Below, one piece after another: positions 1 through 10,570 of a stretch of 32,000 bases of DNA. Below the pieces are notes generated by a model. It made no database searches and was not told the origin of the DNA. It saw only the letters and a program-made list of their open reading frames with translations. Source of the DNA: Candidatus Saccharimonadota bacterium (lineage in GTDB: Bacteria; Bacteroidota; Bacteroidia; Flavobacteriales; Blattabacteriaceae); contig NZ_CP021172.1 in the NCBI RefSeq assembly GCF_002243425.1, forward strand, positions 180,001 through 212,000. The letters run 5' to 3'. The translations under genes were made by a program, and so were the position numbers. Numbering within the stretch: position 1 is the first letter of the stretch; every line of letters starts with the position of its first letter.

Positions 1-451
1 ATATAGATTGTCTTATCCACCAGACACAATAAGAAATACATTTAAATCCTTTTCTTTCATCAAAACGATTTATACCTTTTATGAGACCAAAATTTCCTTC
101 ATTAATTAAATCAGAGAAACTTAATCCTTGATTTTGATATTGTTTTGCTACAGAAATTACAAATCTTAAATTAGCTTTAACTAAATTATCAATTGCGTAT
201 TTTTTTATTCCCTTTTTAGAAAATTTTTTGATTAATACTGCGGTTAATTTTTTTATTTTTACTATAACTATACTTTTTTTTTTGAATATTGATTCTATTT
301 CAGAATTATAAATAGATCCTAATCGAGCTAATTTAGCCCAAAAAAATTCTTCTTCTTGACTTAATAATGGTATATTACTTATTTCAAGTAAAAATTTATC
401 TAAATACTCAGATTCACCATTAGGAATAGTTATAAGGTTTTGTTTTTTCAT
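1..451 (-). CDS. rpoD: RNA polymerase sigma-70 factor RpoD, N-terminal ~150 codons (gene runs off the left window edge)
   Basis: Not in the ORF track because it is cut by the window edge. Reverse translation from the ATG at 451..449 gives [20 protein letters not shown]...[60 protein letters not shown]. This is the sigma-70 region 2 signature (DLI.EGN.GL.K...FD...G.K..SY..WWIRQ). Confidence 0.85.
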   Translation of the reverse strand, partial: MKKQNLITIPNGESEYLDKFLLEISNIPLLSQEEEFFWAKLARLGSIYNSEIESIFKKKSIVIVKIKKLTAVLIKKFSKKGIKKYAIDNLVKANLRFVISVAKQYQNQGLSFSDLINEGNFGLIKGINRFDERKGFKCISYCVWWIRQSI

Positions 452-478
452 ATTAAAAAAGGGTTTGAAGTTTTCATT

Positions 479-2650
479 TTAAATATATTTAAAAATAAAA
501 TTATAATTACGAGAAAAAATCATTTTATGAGATAATTTAATTTTTACAAATTTCTTATTTTTTCCCAAATATTTTACAGAGATTATATCTCCTATTCTTA
601 TAAAACTTTCTACTTTAGTTAATCTTTTCCAAGAAATTTCAGATATATGTAATAACCCTTCTACAGATTTAGATATTTCAACAAAAACACCAAATTTTTT
701 TCTATTTTTAACTTTAGCTTTATAAATTTTTCCGACTTTAGGAACAAAAGTAATGTTTTTTATTTTTAAAATTGCTATTTTTAGTTTTGTTTCATTTTTT
801 CCTAAAATTTCAATTACACCTAAACCACTTTTTTCTTTTATTTTAATATTAGTTTCTGTAGAAAATTGTATTTCTTGTATTATTTTTCCTCCAGAACCAA
901 TTACAGCTCCTATCAATTTTTTTTGTATATAAAAAGTATAAATTTTAGGAGCTGTAATCTTCAGTGATTTTCTAGGACAACTTAAAGTTGTAAGCATCTT
1001 TTTTATTATAAATAATAACCCTTTTTTGGCTTTAAAAATTGTATTTGATAATACATCATAAGTAATTCCAGATATTTTAATATCCATTTGACATGCTGTA
1101 ATACCATATTCAGTACCTGTCATTTTAAAATCCATATCCCCTATATAGTCTTCATCTCCTAATATATCTGAAAGAATTATGGCTTCACCTGTTAAATAAT
1201 TCATAATTAACCCCATAGAGATTCCTGAAACAGGTCTTTTCACAGTAATCCCTGCATCCATTAATGCTAATGTACTAGCACATACAGTAGCCATAGAAGA
1301 AGATCCATTTGATTCTAATACATCTGATACTACTCTTATAGTATAAGGAGTTACAAAAGGTATTATATTTTTTAAAGCACGTTGAGCTAAATTTCCATGT
1401 CCAATTTCCCGTCTGGATACTCCTTTTATTAATTTAATTTCTCCAGTTGAAAAAGGAGGGAAATTATAATGTAAGTAAAATCTTTGTTTAGCTCGCAAAA
1501 TAGCATTATCAATTTTATTAACATCTAATGATGAACCTAAAGTAACTGTAGATAATGCTTGTGTTTCTCCTCTTGTAAAAATTGCAGATCCATGTACACC
1601 AGGCAAACAATCTACTTTACTCCAAATATTTCTAATATCATCTAATGATCTACCATCTATACGAAGATTTTCTTTAAAAAGAAGATTTTTTATTATTTCT
1701 TTTTTGATTTCATCAAAGATAATATCTATTTCAATATTATTAATTACAATGCTTTCATTATAAAAATGAAATTTGATTTTTTTAAAAATATTATCAATTT
1801 GTTTTGAACGTTTTTGTTTAAATAAACAACTTTTATAGATATAATAAATATCTTCATAATATAAAAATTTGATTTTTTCTTTTATATAAAAAACGTTTAA
1901 ATTAAAATTAATATATTTATAATAATAATTATACAGATTAGACAATCTTGAATTGTATAATTTTTTATTTTTAGTAATTAAACTAATTTGAGCTTCAATT
2001 TGTAATTGAATATACTTATGTGCTTTAACTATTGCTTCCATCATCTCTATTTCAGAGATCTCTCTCATTTCTCCTTCTACAAGAATAATATAATTATTAG
2101 TACCTCCTACTATTAAATCTAAATCTGATTTTTTAATTTCTTCAATACCAGGATTAATAATAAATGCATCATTAATTCGTATTATACGAACTGTTGATAC
2201 AGGCCCCTGAAAATAAATTTCTGATAGAGAAACCGCAGTAGAAGCCACTAATCCAGCTAATCCATCAGGCAATACATTTATATCATATGATAACAAAGAT
2301 ATCATTATTTGTATTTCCTTATAATAATTGTCTTTAAAAAGTGGACGTAATAAACGATCTACTAATCTCATAGTTAATATTTCTTCATTAGAAGGCCTCC
2401 CTTCACGTTTTATATATCCACCCGGAATTTTTCCTCCAGCTGAATATTTTTCTCTATAATCGATAGTAAGAGGTATAAATTTAAAATCCTCTTTGGATTC
2501 TTTTGAAATTACTACAGTGGCTAATAAGCTAGTATTTCCCATACGAACAACAGCTGATCCATTAGCTTGACAAGCTAATTCTCCAGTTTCTATGCTTAAA
2601 GCACGTCCATCTTCTAAAAAAAGATTTTCTTTTATTAATTCTGGGATCAT
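479..2650 (-). CDS. pnp: Polyribonucleotide nucleotidyltransferase (PNPase)
   Basis: 723-aa ORF with two RNase PH-like domains, then KH (LIGAVIGSGGKIIQEI) and S1 (VGKIYKAKVKNRKKFGVFVEISKSVEGLLHISEIS) domains. Sits in the classic rpsO-pnp arrangement. Confidence 0.95.
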   Translation of the reverse strand: MIPELIKENLFLEDGRALSIETGELACQANGSAVVRMGNTSLLATVVISKESKEDFKFIPLTIDYREKYSAGGKIPGGYIKREGRPSNEEILTMRLVDRLLRPLFKDNYYKEIQIMISLLSYDINVLPDGLAGLVASTAVSLSEIYFQGPVSTVRIIRINDAFIINPGIEEIKKSDLDLIVGGTNNYIILVEGEMREISEIEMMEAIVKAHKYIQLQIEAQISLITKNKKLYNSRLSNLYNYYYKYINFNLNVFYIKEKIKFLYYEDIYYIYKSCLFKQKRSKQIDNIFKKIKFHFYNESIVINNIEIDIIFDEIKKEIIKNLLFKENLRIDGRSLDDIRNIWSKVDCLPGVHGSAIFTRGETQALSTVTLGSSLDVNKIDNAILRAKQRFYLHYNFPPFSTGEIKLIKGVSRREIGHGNLAQRALKNIIPFVTPYTIRVVSDVLESNGSSSMATVCASTLALMDAGITVKRPVSGISMGLIMNYLTGEAIILSDILGDEDYIGDMDFKMTGTEYGITACQMDIKISGITYDVLSNTIFKAKKGLLFIIKKMLTTLSCPRKSLKITAPKIYTFYIQKKLIGAVIGSGGKIIQEIQFSTETNIKIKEKSGLGVIEILGKNETKLKIAILKIKNITFVPKVGKIYKAKVKNRKKFGVFVEISKSVEGLLHISEISWKRLTKVESFIRIGDIISVKYLGKNKKFVKIKLSHKMIFSRNYNFIFKYI

Positions 2651-2685
2651 TAAATATTAATTATTGGAATAATTTTCAATCAATT

Positions 2686-2922
2686 TCATAATTGAGTCTT
2701 ATTTTTTTTTTCTATATATTTAAGTAACTTTTTTCTTTTAGAAACTAAAATTTGTAGAGATCTTTCTGTATTAAAATCCTTCTTATTAGATTTAAGATGA
2801 TTTGTTATATTTTTTATTTTAAATGTTAATAAAGCTATTTGTACTATACAGTTACCAGTATCAGATACTGATAATCCATAATTTTTAATTATTAATTTTT
2901 TTTTATTTGAATTTAAATACAT
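2686..2922 (-). CDS. rpsO: 30S ribosomal protein S15 (78 aa; C-terminal ~10 residues shorter than usual, see findings)
   Basis: MYLNSNKKKLIIKNYGLSVSDTGNCIVQIALLTFKIKNITNHLKSNKKDFNTERSLQILVSKRKKLLKYI matches the S15 family pattern (G..Q.A.LT..I..LT.HLK.NKKD..S.R.L...V..R..LL.YL). Lies directly upstream of pnp. Confidence 0.9.
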   Translation of the reverse strand: MYLNSNKKKLIIKNYGLSVSDTGNCIVQIALLTFKIKNITNHLKSNKKDFNTERSLQILVSKRKKLLKYIEKKNKTQL

Positions 2923-3317
2923 TTTAATAAATTATTTATTTGCAATATAGACAATACCATTATTTAATATATTGCTTACATTTTTTGTAATCAATAGATT
3001 TTAATAAATCTTTATAAGCGTATAAATTTTTAGTAATATATATTTAGAATAAAATTTAATATCCTTATTATAAAATTCTAATATCATACCATTTAATACT
3101 CTCTTCTTTTAAAAGATTGTTACAAATTTCTTTAGAAAGAAAATTTTTTTACAATCAGCCTTAAGTATATTTCTATATATAATTTTATTTTTTTATAACC
3201 AATCATATGAAATAATATAAAACATTTTTTATATTTGATATGTTTTAGATGTTGAAGAATTTTTAAATGGTTTTATATAAATTTTTAGTATTTTTATTTT
3301 AGTAATATTTTATAATT

Positions 3318-3566
3318 ATGAGAAAAAAAATTCATCCTGACAATTATAGAATTGTTGTCTTTAAAGATATGACTAGTAATAAAAGTTTTTTTTGTAAATC
3401 AACTATTAAAACAAAATATAAAATCAATTTAAATGGTAAAGAATATCCATTATATAAAATGGAAATATCAAGTTATTCTCATCCTTTTTATACAGGACAT
3501 ATTAAATATGTAGATGCTACTGGTAGAATAGATAAATTTAATAAAAAATATAAATTATGTTTGTGA
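3318..3566 (+). CDS. rpmE: 50S ribosomal protein L31 (type B, no CxxC zinc motif)
   Basis: [20 protein letters not shown]...[34 protein letters not shown]...GR..KF is the L31 signature. Confidence 0.9.
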   Translation: MRKKIHPDNYRIVVFKDMTSNKSFFCKSTIKTKYKINLNGKEYPLYKMEISSYSHPFYTGHIKYVDATGRIDKFNKKYKLCL

Positions 3567-3601
3567 AAACATTAATAAAATAACTATAAATATATTAATA
3601 A

Positions 3602-3985
3602 ATGCCAACTATACAACAACTTGTAAGAAAAGGGAGAAAGAATATAAAAAAAAAAAGTAAATCTATGGCTTTAAATTGTTGTCCTCAACGTAGAGGAGTA
3701 TGTACAAGGGTATATACAACGACTCCTAAAAAACCTAATTCTGCAATGAGAAAAGTAGCCAGAGTTCGTTTAACAAATGGAAAGGAAGTAAATGCATATA
3801 TTCCAGGAGAAGGACATAATCTTCAAGAACATTCTATTGTCTTAATAAGAGGTGGAAGAGTAAAAGATTTACCAGGTGTTCGTTATCATATAATACGTGG
3901 AGCCTTAGATACTGCGGGAGTTAAAGATAGAAAAAAAGCTCGTAGTAAATATGGAGCAAAGTGTTCTAAAAAAATAAAAAAATGA
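3602..3985 (+). CDS. rpsL: 30S ribosomal protein S12
   Basis: [12 protein letters not shown]...[77 protein letters not shown]. Near-invariant S12 sequence. Confidence 0.98.
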   Translation: MPTIQQLVRKGRKNIKKKSKSMALNCCPQRRGVCTRVYTTTPKKPNSAMRKVARVRLTNGKEVNAYIPGEGHNLQEHSIVLIRGGRVKDLPGVRYHIIRGALDTAGVKDRKKARSKYGAKCSKKIKK

Positions 3986-4446
3986 GAAAATTAAAATCAA
4001 AAAGAAAAAATTATCAACCTGATCCTATCTTTCAAGATCCTTTAGTAATGCGATTTGTTAATCATTTAATGAAAGATGGTAAAAAAACTATAGCTTATAG
4101 GATATTTTATAATTGTATTTCTGAAATAGAAAAAACAAAAAAAAATGGTTTAAAAATCTGGAAAGAAGCATTAGATAATGTAATGCCTCATGTAGAAGTT
4201 AGAAGTAAACGTATTGGAGGTTCTAATATACAAGTACCTACACAGATCCCACCTTATGTAAAGCTAACTAAAGCTATGAAATTATTGATTAGTTGTGCAC
4301 GTGAAAGAAATGAAAAAAAAATGTATAAAAAATTAGCAGAAGAAATTTTATCTGCTTCTAAAAAAGAAGGAGCTGCGTTTAAAAAACGTGAAAATCTTCA
4401 TAAAATGGCTGAAGCTAATAAAGCATTTTCTCATTTTAAATTATAA
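3982..4446 (+). CDS. rpsG: 30S ribosomal protein S7
   Basis: ATGA start/stop overlap with rps[32 protein letters not shown]...[16 protein letters not shown] is the S7 pattern. Confidence 0.95.
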   Translation: MRKLKSKRKNYQPDPIFQDPLVMRFVNHLMKDGKKTIAYRIFYNCISEIEKTKKNGLKIWKEALDNVMPHVEVRSKRIGGSNIQVPTQIPPYVKLTKAMKLLISCARERNEKKMYKKLAEEILSASKKEGAAFKKRENLHKMAEANKAFSHFKL

Positions 4447-4450
4447 AAGT

Positions 4451-6526
4451 ATGAAAAATAATTTAAAATATACAAGAAATATAGGTATAGCTGCACATAT
4501 TGATGCAGGAAAAACTACAACTACAGAACGTATTTTATTTTATACTGGAATAAATCATAAAATAGGTGAAGTTCATGATGGAACAGCTACTATGGATTGG
4601 ATGGAACAAGAACAAGAAAGAGGAATAACAATAACTTCTGCGGCTACAAAATGTGAATGGTTATATAATAATAACATTTATAAAATAAACATTATTGATA
4701 CGCCAGGTCATGTTGATTTTACGGTAGAAGTAGAAAGATCTTTAAGAGTTTTAGATGGTATGGTAGCATTATTTAGTGCAGTAGATGGGGTAGAACCACA
4801 ATCAGAAACAGTTTGGAGACAAGCAGATAAATATAAAGTACCTAGAATAGGTTTTGTAAATAAAATGGATAGACAAGGAGCAGATTTTTTTAATGTATGT
4901 GAACAAATTAAATCTAATTTAGGTGCTAATTGTTTGATATTACAGATACCTATTGGTATAGAAGATAATTTTAAAGGAGTTGTAGATATTATTTCTAAAA
5001 AAGCTATAATTTGGGATGAAAAAAACTATGGCACATCCTATAATATAAGAACTATTCCTGAAGGATTATTAGAATTAACTAATAAATATAGAAATCTTTT
5101 GATAGAAACTATATCTGAATATGATTATGATATAATGGGAAAATATTTTTCTAATCCTAATGAAATATCAGAAAATGATATTATATCATCTATAAAAAAA
5201 TCTACAATAAATCTTGATATTGTTCCAATTATTTGTGGATCCTCTTTTAAAAATAAAGGAGTACAAGTAATGTTAGATGCTATCTGTAGATATTTACCAT
5301 CTCCAATTGATATAAAGGGAACAAAAGGTATAAATCCAAAAACAGAAAAAGAAGAAATACGTAAACATAATTCTAAGGAACCTTTTTCTGCTTTAGCGTT
5401 TAAAATAGCCACTGATTCTTTTGTAGGTCGTTTAGCTTTTTTTAGAGTCTACTCGGGCCAATTAAAGTCTGGAACATATATTTTTAACTCTCGTTCAGGA
5501 AATAAAGAACGTATATCAAGAATATATCAAATGCATGCTAATAAACAAAACCCTGTAAATCTTATTGAAGCTGGAGATATAGGAGCTGCAGTAGGATTTA
5601 AAGATATAAAAACTGGAGATACTTTATGTGATGAAAATTATCCAATTATATTTGAAAATATCTCATTTCCTGATCCAGTAATTGGATTAGCTATTGAACC
5701 AAAATCTAAATCTGATATAGATAAAATGAGTTTAGCTTTATCTAAATTATCAGAAGAAGATCCAACTTTTATAGTACGTAATGATAAATATACTGGCCAA
5801 ACAATAATATCAGGTATGGGAGAATTACATTTAGAAATTATTTTAGATAGAATGGAAAGAGAATTTAAAGTAAAAGTTAATAAAGGTAATCCTCAGGTAG
5901 AATATAAAGAAGCATTAACTAATTCTATTGAGCATAGAGAAATATATAAAAAACAAACTGGAGGACGAGGTAAATATGCTGATATTTTATTTAAATTAGA
6001 ACCTGGAAAAAAGGGGGCTCAAGGATTGGAGTTTATAAATAAAGTAAAAGGAGGAAATATTCCAAAAGAATATATCCCGTCAATAGAAAAAGCTTTTAAA
6101 GAAGCTATGAAGAATGGCCCTTTATCTGGATATGAAATAAATAATGCAAGAATTATATTAATAGATGGTTCATATCATTCTGTAGATTCTGATCAATTAT
6201 CTTTTGAATTAGCTAGTAAAATTGGATTTAAAAATGCAGCAAAGAAGACGAATCCTATTATTTTAGAACCTATAATGAAATTAGAAGTATTAACTCCTCC
6301 AGAAAATATGGGTAATATTGTAGGTGATCTAAATAGAAGAAGAGGTATTATACAAGGTATGGAAGAAAATCGAAGTAATTCAAAAATAATAAAAGCTCTT
6401 GTTCCTTTATCAGAATTATTTGGATATGTAACTATTTTACGTACATTATCTTCTGGAAGAGCCACTTCTACAATGGAATTTTATAAATATAAACCAGCTC
6501 CTATTTTAAATCAAAAAATGAATTGA
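4451..6526 (+). CDS. fusA: Elongation factor G
   Basis: The true start is probably the ATG at 4451 ([33 protein letters not shown]). The ORF-track extension back to 4388 overlaps rpsG. G1-G4 motifs are present ([21 protein letters not shown]). Confidence 0.97.
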   Translation: MKNNLKYTRNIGIAAHIDAGKTTTTERILFYTGINHKIGEVHDGTATMDWMEQEQERGITITSAATKCEWLYNNNIYKINIIDTPGHVDFTVEVERSLRVLDGMVALFSAVDGVEPQSETVWRQADKYKVPRIGFVNKMDRQGADFFNVCEQIKSNLGANCLILQIPIGIEDNFKGVVDIISKKAIIWDEKNYGTSYNIRTIPEGLLELTNKYRNLLIETISEYDYDIMGKYFSNPNEISENDIISSIKKSTINLDIVPIICGSSFKNKGVQVMLDAICRYLPSPIDIKGTKGINPKTEKEEIRKHNSKEPFSALAFKIATDSFVGRLAFFRVYSGQLKSGTYIFNSRSGNKERISRIYQMHANKQNPVNLIEAGDIGAAVGFKDIKTGDTLCDENYPIIFENISFPDPVIGLAIEPKSKSDIDKMSLALSKLSEEDPTFIVRNDKYTGQTIISGMGELHLEIILDRMEREFKVKVNKGNPQVEYKEALTNSIEHREIYKKQTGGRGKYADILFKLEPGKKGAQGLEFINKVKGGNIPKEYIPSIEKAFKEAMKNGPLSGYEINNARIILIDGSYHSVDSDQLSFELASKIGFKNAAKKTNPIILEPIMKLEVLTPPENMGNIVGDLNRRRGIIQGMEENRSNSKIIKALVPLSELFGYVTILRTLSSGRATSTMEFYKYKPAPILNQKMN

Positions 6527-6528
6527 TT

Positions 6529-6828
6529 ATGAAAATCAAAATTAAATTAAAATCATATGATTATTATTTATTAGATAAATCTGTTTTTACAATAGTAAAA
6601 TTTGTAATTTCAACAGGTGCAAAAGTAAATGGTCCAATACCATTACCAACTAAAAAAAAAATTTATACTGTTTTAAGATCTCCTCATGTTCATAAAACAT
6701 CTCGTGAACAATTTCAATTATCAAGTTATACAAGGTTATTAGAAATATGTAATGCTGGACCTAATACTGTAGATGCTTTAATCAAATTAGAATTAGCTAG
6801 TGGTGTTGAAGTAGAAATAAAAGTATAA
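6529..6828 (+). CDS. rpsJ: 30S ribosomal protein S10
   Basis: [18 protein letters not shown]...[39 protein letters not shown]. The ORF-track start at 6523 is a TTG; the ATG at 6529 fits the family N-terminus. Confidence 0.95.
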   Translation: MKIKIKLKSYDYYLLDKSVFTIVKFVISTGAKVNGPIPLPTKKKIYTVLRSPHVHKTSREQFQLSSYTRLLEICNAGPNTVDALIKLELASGVEVEIKV

Positions 6829-6833
6829 TTATT

Positions 6834-7454
6834 ATGTCAGGAATAATAGGTAAAAATATTGGTATGACTAGTATGTATGATGAATCAGGATTTAATGTTC
6901 CATGTTCTATAATAGAAGCAGGTCCTTGTATTGTTTTACAAATAAAAACTAAAGAAAAAGATGGATACGATTCTTGTCAATTAGGTTTTGATGAAAAAAA
7001 ATATAAAAACACAAATAAACCATTGTTATTTTTTTTTAAAAAATTTAAATCTACACCTAAAAAAAAAATATTTGAATTCCCTCTAAAAAGAAATCTAAAA
7101 TCGGGAAATATAATAAAATTAAATTTTTTTCATGAAAATGAATTAGTTAATATTACTGGTCTTTCGAAAGGTAAAGGATTTCAAGGTGTTGTTAAACGTC
7201 ATGGATTTTCAGGTGTAGGAGAAAGGTCTCATGGGCAACATAATAGGTCTAGAGCTCCTGGATCTATAGGAGCAGGTTCTGACCCTTCAAGAGTATTTAA
7301 AGGTACTAGAATGGCAGGTAGAATGGGTAATAAGAAAGTAACTCTAAAAAATAGAAAAATATTAAAAATAGATTTATTAAATAATTTTTTAATTATAAAA
7401 GGATCTGTTCCTGGGGCTAAAAATTCTTATCTAATAATAAAAAAACTCAAATGA
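6834..7454 (+). CDS. rplC: 50S ribosomal protein L3
   Basis: [30 protein letters not shown]...[15 protein letters not shown]...[33 protein letters not shown]. Position after rpsJ. Confidence 0.95.
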   Translation: MSGIIGKNIGMTSMYDESGFNVPCSIIEAGPCIVLQIKTKEKDGYDSCQLGFDEKKYKNTNKPLLFFFKKFKSTPKKKIFEFPLKRNLKSGNIIKLNFFHENELVNITGLSKGKGFQGVVKRHGFSGVGERSHGQHNRSRAPGSIGAGSDPSRVFKGTRMAGRMGNKKVTLKNRKILKIDLLNNFLIIKGSVPGAKNSYLIIKKLK

Positions 7455-8074
7455 AAATAACAATATTTAATAATTCTGGTCTAGAAACAGGTAGGTACTT
7501 AAAAGTAAATAAGTTTTTTCTAAAAAAAGAAAATAATAATATTTTATTTCTTGAAATAAAGAGATATTTATCTGCACAAAGACAGGGTACCAATAAATCT
7601 AAAGAAAGAAGTGAAATTACAGGAAGTACAAAAAAAATTCAACGTCAAAAGGGAAGTGGGAATGCAAGAAAAGGAGATATAAAAAACCCTATCTTTAGAT
7701 CTGGTGGGCGAATTTTTGGTCCTAAACCAAGAAATTTTAATATAAAAATTAATAATAAGTCTAAATTTTTAGCAAAAAAAACTATACTTAATTTTAAGTT
7801 AAGAACCAATAAGATAAAAGTTATAGAAGATTTTAAATTTAATATTATTAAAACTAAATTAGTATTTAAAATTTTCAATAGATTAAATTTTAATCTAAAA
7901 AAATCATTAATTATTTATAATAAAATAAATGATAATTTTTTTTTTTCATCTAGAAATTTAAAATTTACTAATTTTTTATCAATTAATGAATTAAATAGTT
8001 ATGAATTAGCAAATTCAGACTATTTAGTTTTTTTCGAAAGTGCTATAAAAAAAATATTAAAAGATGTTTGTTAA
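7451..8074 (+). CDS. rplD: 50S ribosomal protein L4 (divergent)
   Basis: Operon position between rplC and rplW. Core motif [48 protein letters not shown] matches L4 (G...K...QKG.G.AR.G....P....GG..FGP.PR). Confidence 0.88.
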   Translation: MKITIFNNSGLETGRYLKVNKFFLKKENNNILFLEIKRYLSAQRQGTNKSKERSEITGSTKKIQRQKGSGNARKGDIKNPIFRSGGRIFGPKPRNFNIKINNKSKFLAKKTILNFKLRTNKIKVIEDFKFNIIKTKLVFKIFNRLNFNLKKSLIIYNKINDNFFFSSRNLKFTNFLSINELNSYELANSDYLVFFESAIKKILKDVC

Positions 8075-8348
8075 AACCAATATCTCAAATTTATATTTGA
8101 TTTCTAATCAAAATTATTTGAAATTTTATTTATTTTTTTCTAAAAAAGATATTATTAATTATATAAAGAAAATATATCAAATTCCTGTTTCTGAAGTAAA
8201 TACTCAGATTTTGTATAAAAAACGTATTTTTAAAAAAAATAGTAAAACTAACTTTAAAGGTAAATATAATATCTTTAAAGGTAAATATAATATCTTTAAA
8301 AAAGTCTTTTTAAGATTATATAAAAATAAATATGTAATATGTCAATAA
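8064..8348 (+). CDS. rplW: 50S ribosomal protein L23 (very divergent; contains an in-frame tandem duplication)
   Basis: Operon slot between rplD and rplB, with the right size (94 aa). Weak L23-like pattern ([23 protein letters not shown]). The call rests mostly on synteny. Confidence 0.7.
   Translation: MFVKTNISNLYLISNQNYLKFYLFFSKKDIINYIKKIYQIPVSEVNTQILYKKRIFKKNSKTNFKGKYNIFKGKYNIFKKVFLRLYKNKYVICQ
8252..8300 (+). repeat. Perfect 21-bp tandem duplication (2.3 copies) inside rplW
   Basis: CTTTAAAGGTAAATATAATAT occurs at 8252..8272 and again at 8273..8293, followed by a partial third copy CTTTAAA (8294..8300). It is in frame and duplicates FKGKYNI. Confidence 0.95.
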
Positions 8349-9154
8349 AAAAAACTAAACCTATAACTTCTAGTCAAAGATTTAAAGTTATAAATACATT
8401 TAAAGAAATAACAAAAAAAAATCCTGAAAAAACTCTTTCTAGAGGTAAAAAAAAAACAGGAGGTAGAAATAATTCTGGAAAAATAACTATAAGATATTTA
8501 GGTGGGGGGCATAAAAAAAAATATAGAATTATAGATTATAAAAGGAATAAATTTGGTATACCTGCTATTATAAAACATATTGAATATGATCCTAATAGAT
8601 CATGTTTGATTTATCTTCTTTTTTATATAGATGGAGAAAAAAGATATATACCATCAATTAATGGTTTAAATATAGGTAATAAAATTTTATCAGATAAAAA
8701 AACTACTATAGAATTAGGAAATGCTATGTATATAATGAATATCCCTTTAGGGACTATAATTTCTTGTGTAGAACTGATTCCTGGTAAAGGAGCAATATTA
8801 GCACGTAGTGCTGGTTCATATGCACAATTAATTGCGAAATCAAAAAAATTTGCTACAATTAAATTACCTTCTGGAGAAAAACGTATGGTATTATCAACAT
8901 GTATGGCAACTATAGGATCTATTTATAATTCTGATCATAAATTAGAAATGGATGGTAAAGCAGGAAGAAAACGTTGGTTAGGTAGAAAACCAAGAACTAG
9001 AGGAGTAGCCATGAATCCTGTAGATCATCCGATGGGCGGTGGTGAAGGAAAATCATCTGGAGGACATCCCAGAAACAGAAATTGTATTCCTTCTAATGGA
9101 TTTAAAACACGCAATAAAAAAAAAATTACAAATAAATATATAATAAAAAAATAA
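8339..9154 (+). CDS. rplB: 50S ribosomal protein L2
   Basis: KPITSSQRF...[29 protein letters not shown]...IEYDPNRS...[34 protein letters not shown]. Canonical L2. Confidence 0.97.
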   Translation: MSIKKTKPITSSQRFKVINTFKEITKKNPEKTLSRGKKKTGGRNNSGKITIRYLGGGHKKKYRIIDYKRNKFGIPAIIKHIEYDPNRSCLIYLLFYIDGEKRYIPSINGLNIGNKILSDKKTTIELGNAMYIMNIPLGTIISCVELIPGKGAILARSAGSYAQLIAKSKKFATIKLPSGEKRMVLSTCMATIGSIYNSDHKLEMDGKAGRKRWLGRKPRTRGVAMNPVDHPMGGGEGKSSGGHPRNRNCIPSNGFKTRNKKKITNKYIIKK

Positions 9155-9161
9155 AATTATT

Positions 9162-9443
9162 ATGCCACGTTCCTTAAAAAAAGGTCCATATGTTAATTAT
9201 AAATTAATAAAAAAAATTATTTTAAATAATTTGAACTTAAAAAAAAAAAAAATTATAAAGACTTGGTCTAGATCATCTACTATTACTCCTGAGTTTATTG
9301 GAAACACAATAGCAGTTCATAATGGTAAAATTTTTATTCCAATATATATATCTGAAAATCTGGTGGGTCATAAATTAGGAGAATTTGCACCTACTAGAAT
9401 TTTTAGAGGCCATTCAGGATCAAAAAAAAAAACAAAAAAATAA
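9162..9443 (+). CDS. rpsS: 30S ribosomal protein S19
   Basis: [15 protein letters not shown]...[51 protein letters not shown]. Canonical S19. Confidence 0.96.
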   Translation: MPRSLKKGPYVNYKLIKKIILNNLNLKKKKIIKTWSRSSTITPEFIGNTIAVHNGKIFIPIYISENLVGHKLGEFAPTRIFRGHSGSKKKTKK

Positions 9444-9450
9444 TTTAGTA

Positions 9451-9858
9451 ATGGAATCAAATAATTATATTAATTTTTTTTTTAAAAAAAAAAAATATAC
9501 TAGATCAGTAACTGATGTTAGCAATCTTTATTGTTCTCCACGTAAATTACGTTTAGTTGCAGATATTATTCGTAATAAAAAAGTAGAATATTCTTTATAT
9601 ATACTTAAAAATATAAAAAATAAAGGGGGGGGTATAATAAATAAAATATTATTATCAGTAATTTCTAATTGGAAAAATCAAAATTATGAAAATAATATAA
9701 ATAATTATAATATTTATATAGAAAAAGTATTAATAAACCAAGGATATCAATTAAAAAAAATTCGTCCTGCTCCACAAGGACGAGGTAATCAAGTAAGAAA
9801 AAGATATAGTAATCTAAAAATTATTATAAATAGTAAATTTAATAATTATGGGACATAA
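9451..9858 (+). CDS. rplV: 50S ribosomal protein L22
   Basis: Probable start is the ATG at 9451; the ORF-track start at 9385 is a TTG inside rps[18 protein letters not shown]...[37 protein letters not shown] fits L22. Confidence 0.9.
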   Translation: MESNNYINFFFKKKKYTRSVTDVSNLYCSPRKLRLVADIIRNKKVEYSLYILKNIKNKGGGIINKILLSVISNWKNQNYENNINNYNIYIEKVLINQGYQLKKIRPAPQGRGNQVRKRYSNLKIIINSKFNNYGT

Positions 9859-10570
9859 AGTAAACACATTATCTAATCGATTAGGATTAATTGTTGGATG
9901 GCAATCGTTATGGTATAGTCATTATCCAGAAAGAATAAAAGAAGATTTTAATATAAGAAAATATTTAGAAAATCGTTTATCAAAAGCTAATATATCTAGA
10001 ATCTATATTGAAAGATCCTTAAATAGAGTTATTATAACTATATCTAGTTCCCGTCCGTCAATTATAATAGGTAAAGGAGGGTCTGAAATAGATAAATTAA
10101 AAAAAGAATTAAATATTTTTAAATATAAAAAAATTCAAATAAATATTTTTGAAATAAAAAAACCAGAATTAGATGCTGTTTTAGTTTCTAAAAGTATAGC
10201 TAGTCAATTAGAAAATAGAGGTTCTTATAAGAAAGCAATTAAAATATGCATATCTGCTGCTTTGCAGGTTAATGCAGAAGGGATAAAAATAAAAATATCA
10301 GGGCGTCTTAATGGAGCAGAAATGGCTCGTAAAGAAACTTATAAAGAAGGTAGAATTCCTTTATCAACTTTTAGGGCTGATATAGATTATCATATGACGG
10401 AAGCTCATACAAATTATGGAATAATAGGTATAAAAGTATGGATTATGAAAGGAGAAATTTATGGAAAAAAGAATCTATTTAATATTTTTAAATTAAAATA
10501 CAAAAAGAAAAAAGTATCAGATGGATCATATTATGAATTAGATGGATTAAGTAAAAAAAACAAACTGTAA
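9848..10570 (+). CDS. rpsC: 30S ribosomal protein S3
   Basis: [24 protein letters not shown]...[17 protein letters not shown]...[34 protein letters not shown] domain plus S3 C-terminal domain. Confidence 0.96.
   Translation: MGHKVNTLSNRLGLIVGWQSLWYSHYPERIKEDFNIRKYLENRLSKANISRIYIERSLNRVIITISSSRPSIIIGKGGSEIDKLKKELNIFKYKKIQINIFEIKKPELDAVLVSKSIASQLENRGSYKKAIKICISAALQVNAEGIKIKISGRLNGAEMARKETYKEGRIPLSTFRADIDYHMTEAHTNYGIIGIKVWIMKGEIYGKKNLFNIFKLKYKKKKVSDGSYYELDGLSKKNKL

Noticed and set aside
3983-3985. Possible alternative genetic code (UGA read as Trp), as in some tiny AT-rich symbiont or mollicute genomes.
   Set aside because: TGA closes rpsL, rpmE, fusA, rplN, rplO and argH exactly at the conserved protein ends. 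Conserved Trp positions (for example WWIRQ in RpoD and SWYDNE in GapA) use TGG. The standard bacterial code fits.
4388-4450. The ORF track gives long N-terminal extensions for fusA (4388), rplV (9385), rpsN (12149), rplE (11602), dapF (19696), rpsJ (6523) and rpsH (12490).
   Set aside because: The extensions overlap the upstream gene, lack homology to the family N-termini and in several cases begin at TTG. Internal ATGs that match the conserved N-termini were preferred. The rplE start remains genuinely ambiguous.
5125-5412. Antisense ORFs in the six-frame track lie inside well-supported genes: 5125..5412 and 6193..6465 in fusA, 7645..7878 in rplD, 10488..10673, 12240..12431, 14093..14368, 14606..14821, 15226..15507 in secY, 17803..18087 in rpoA, 23213..23401 and 26017..26220.
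   Set aside because: All are fully embedded opposite strongly conserved genes. Their products are low-complexity Ile/Phe/Leu/Asn-rich with no recognisable motifs. They are the mirror image of AAA/GAA-rich sense strands and show no independent support.
6524-6531. No tuf gene between fusA and rpsJ.
   Set aside because: As far as I recall, this is the normal Bacteroidota arrangement, with tuf located elsewhere near secE-nusG. It is not a loss specific to this genome.
8252-8300. Considered whether the tandem repeat could be a CRISPR or minisatellite array.
   Set aside because: There are only 2.3 directly abutting copies without spacers, entirely inside a coding frame. It is a simple slippage duplication, not an array.
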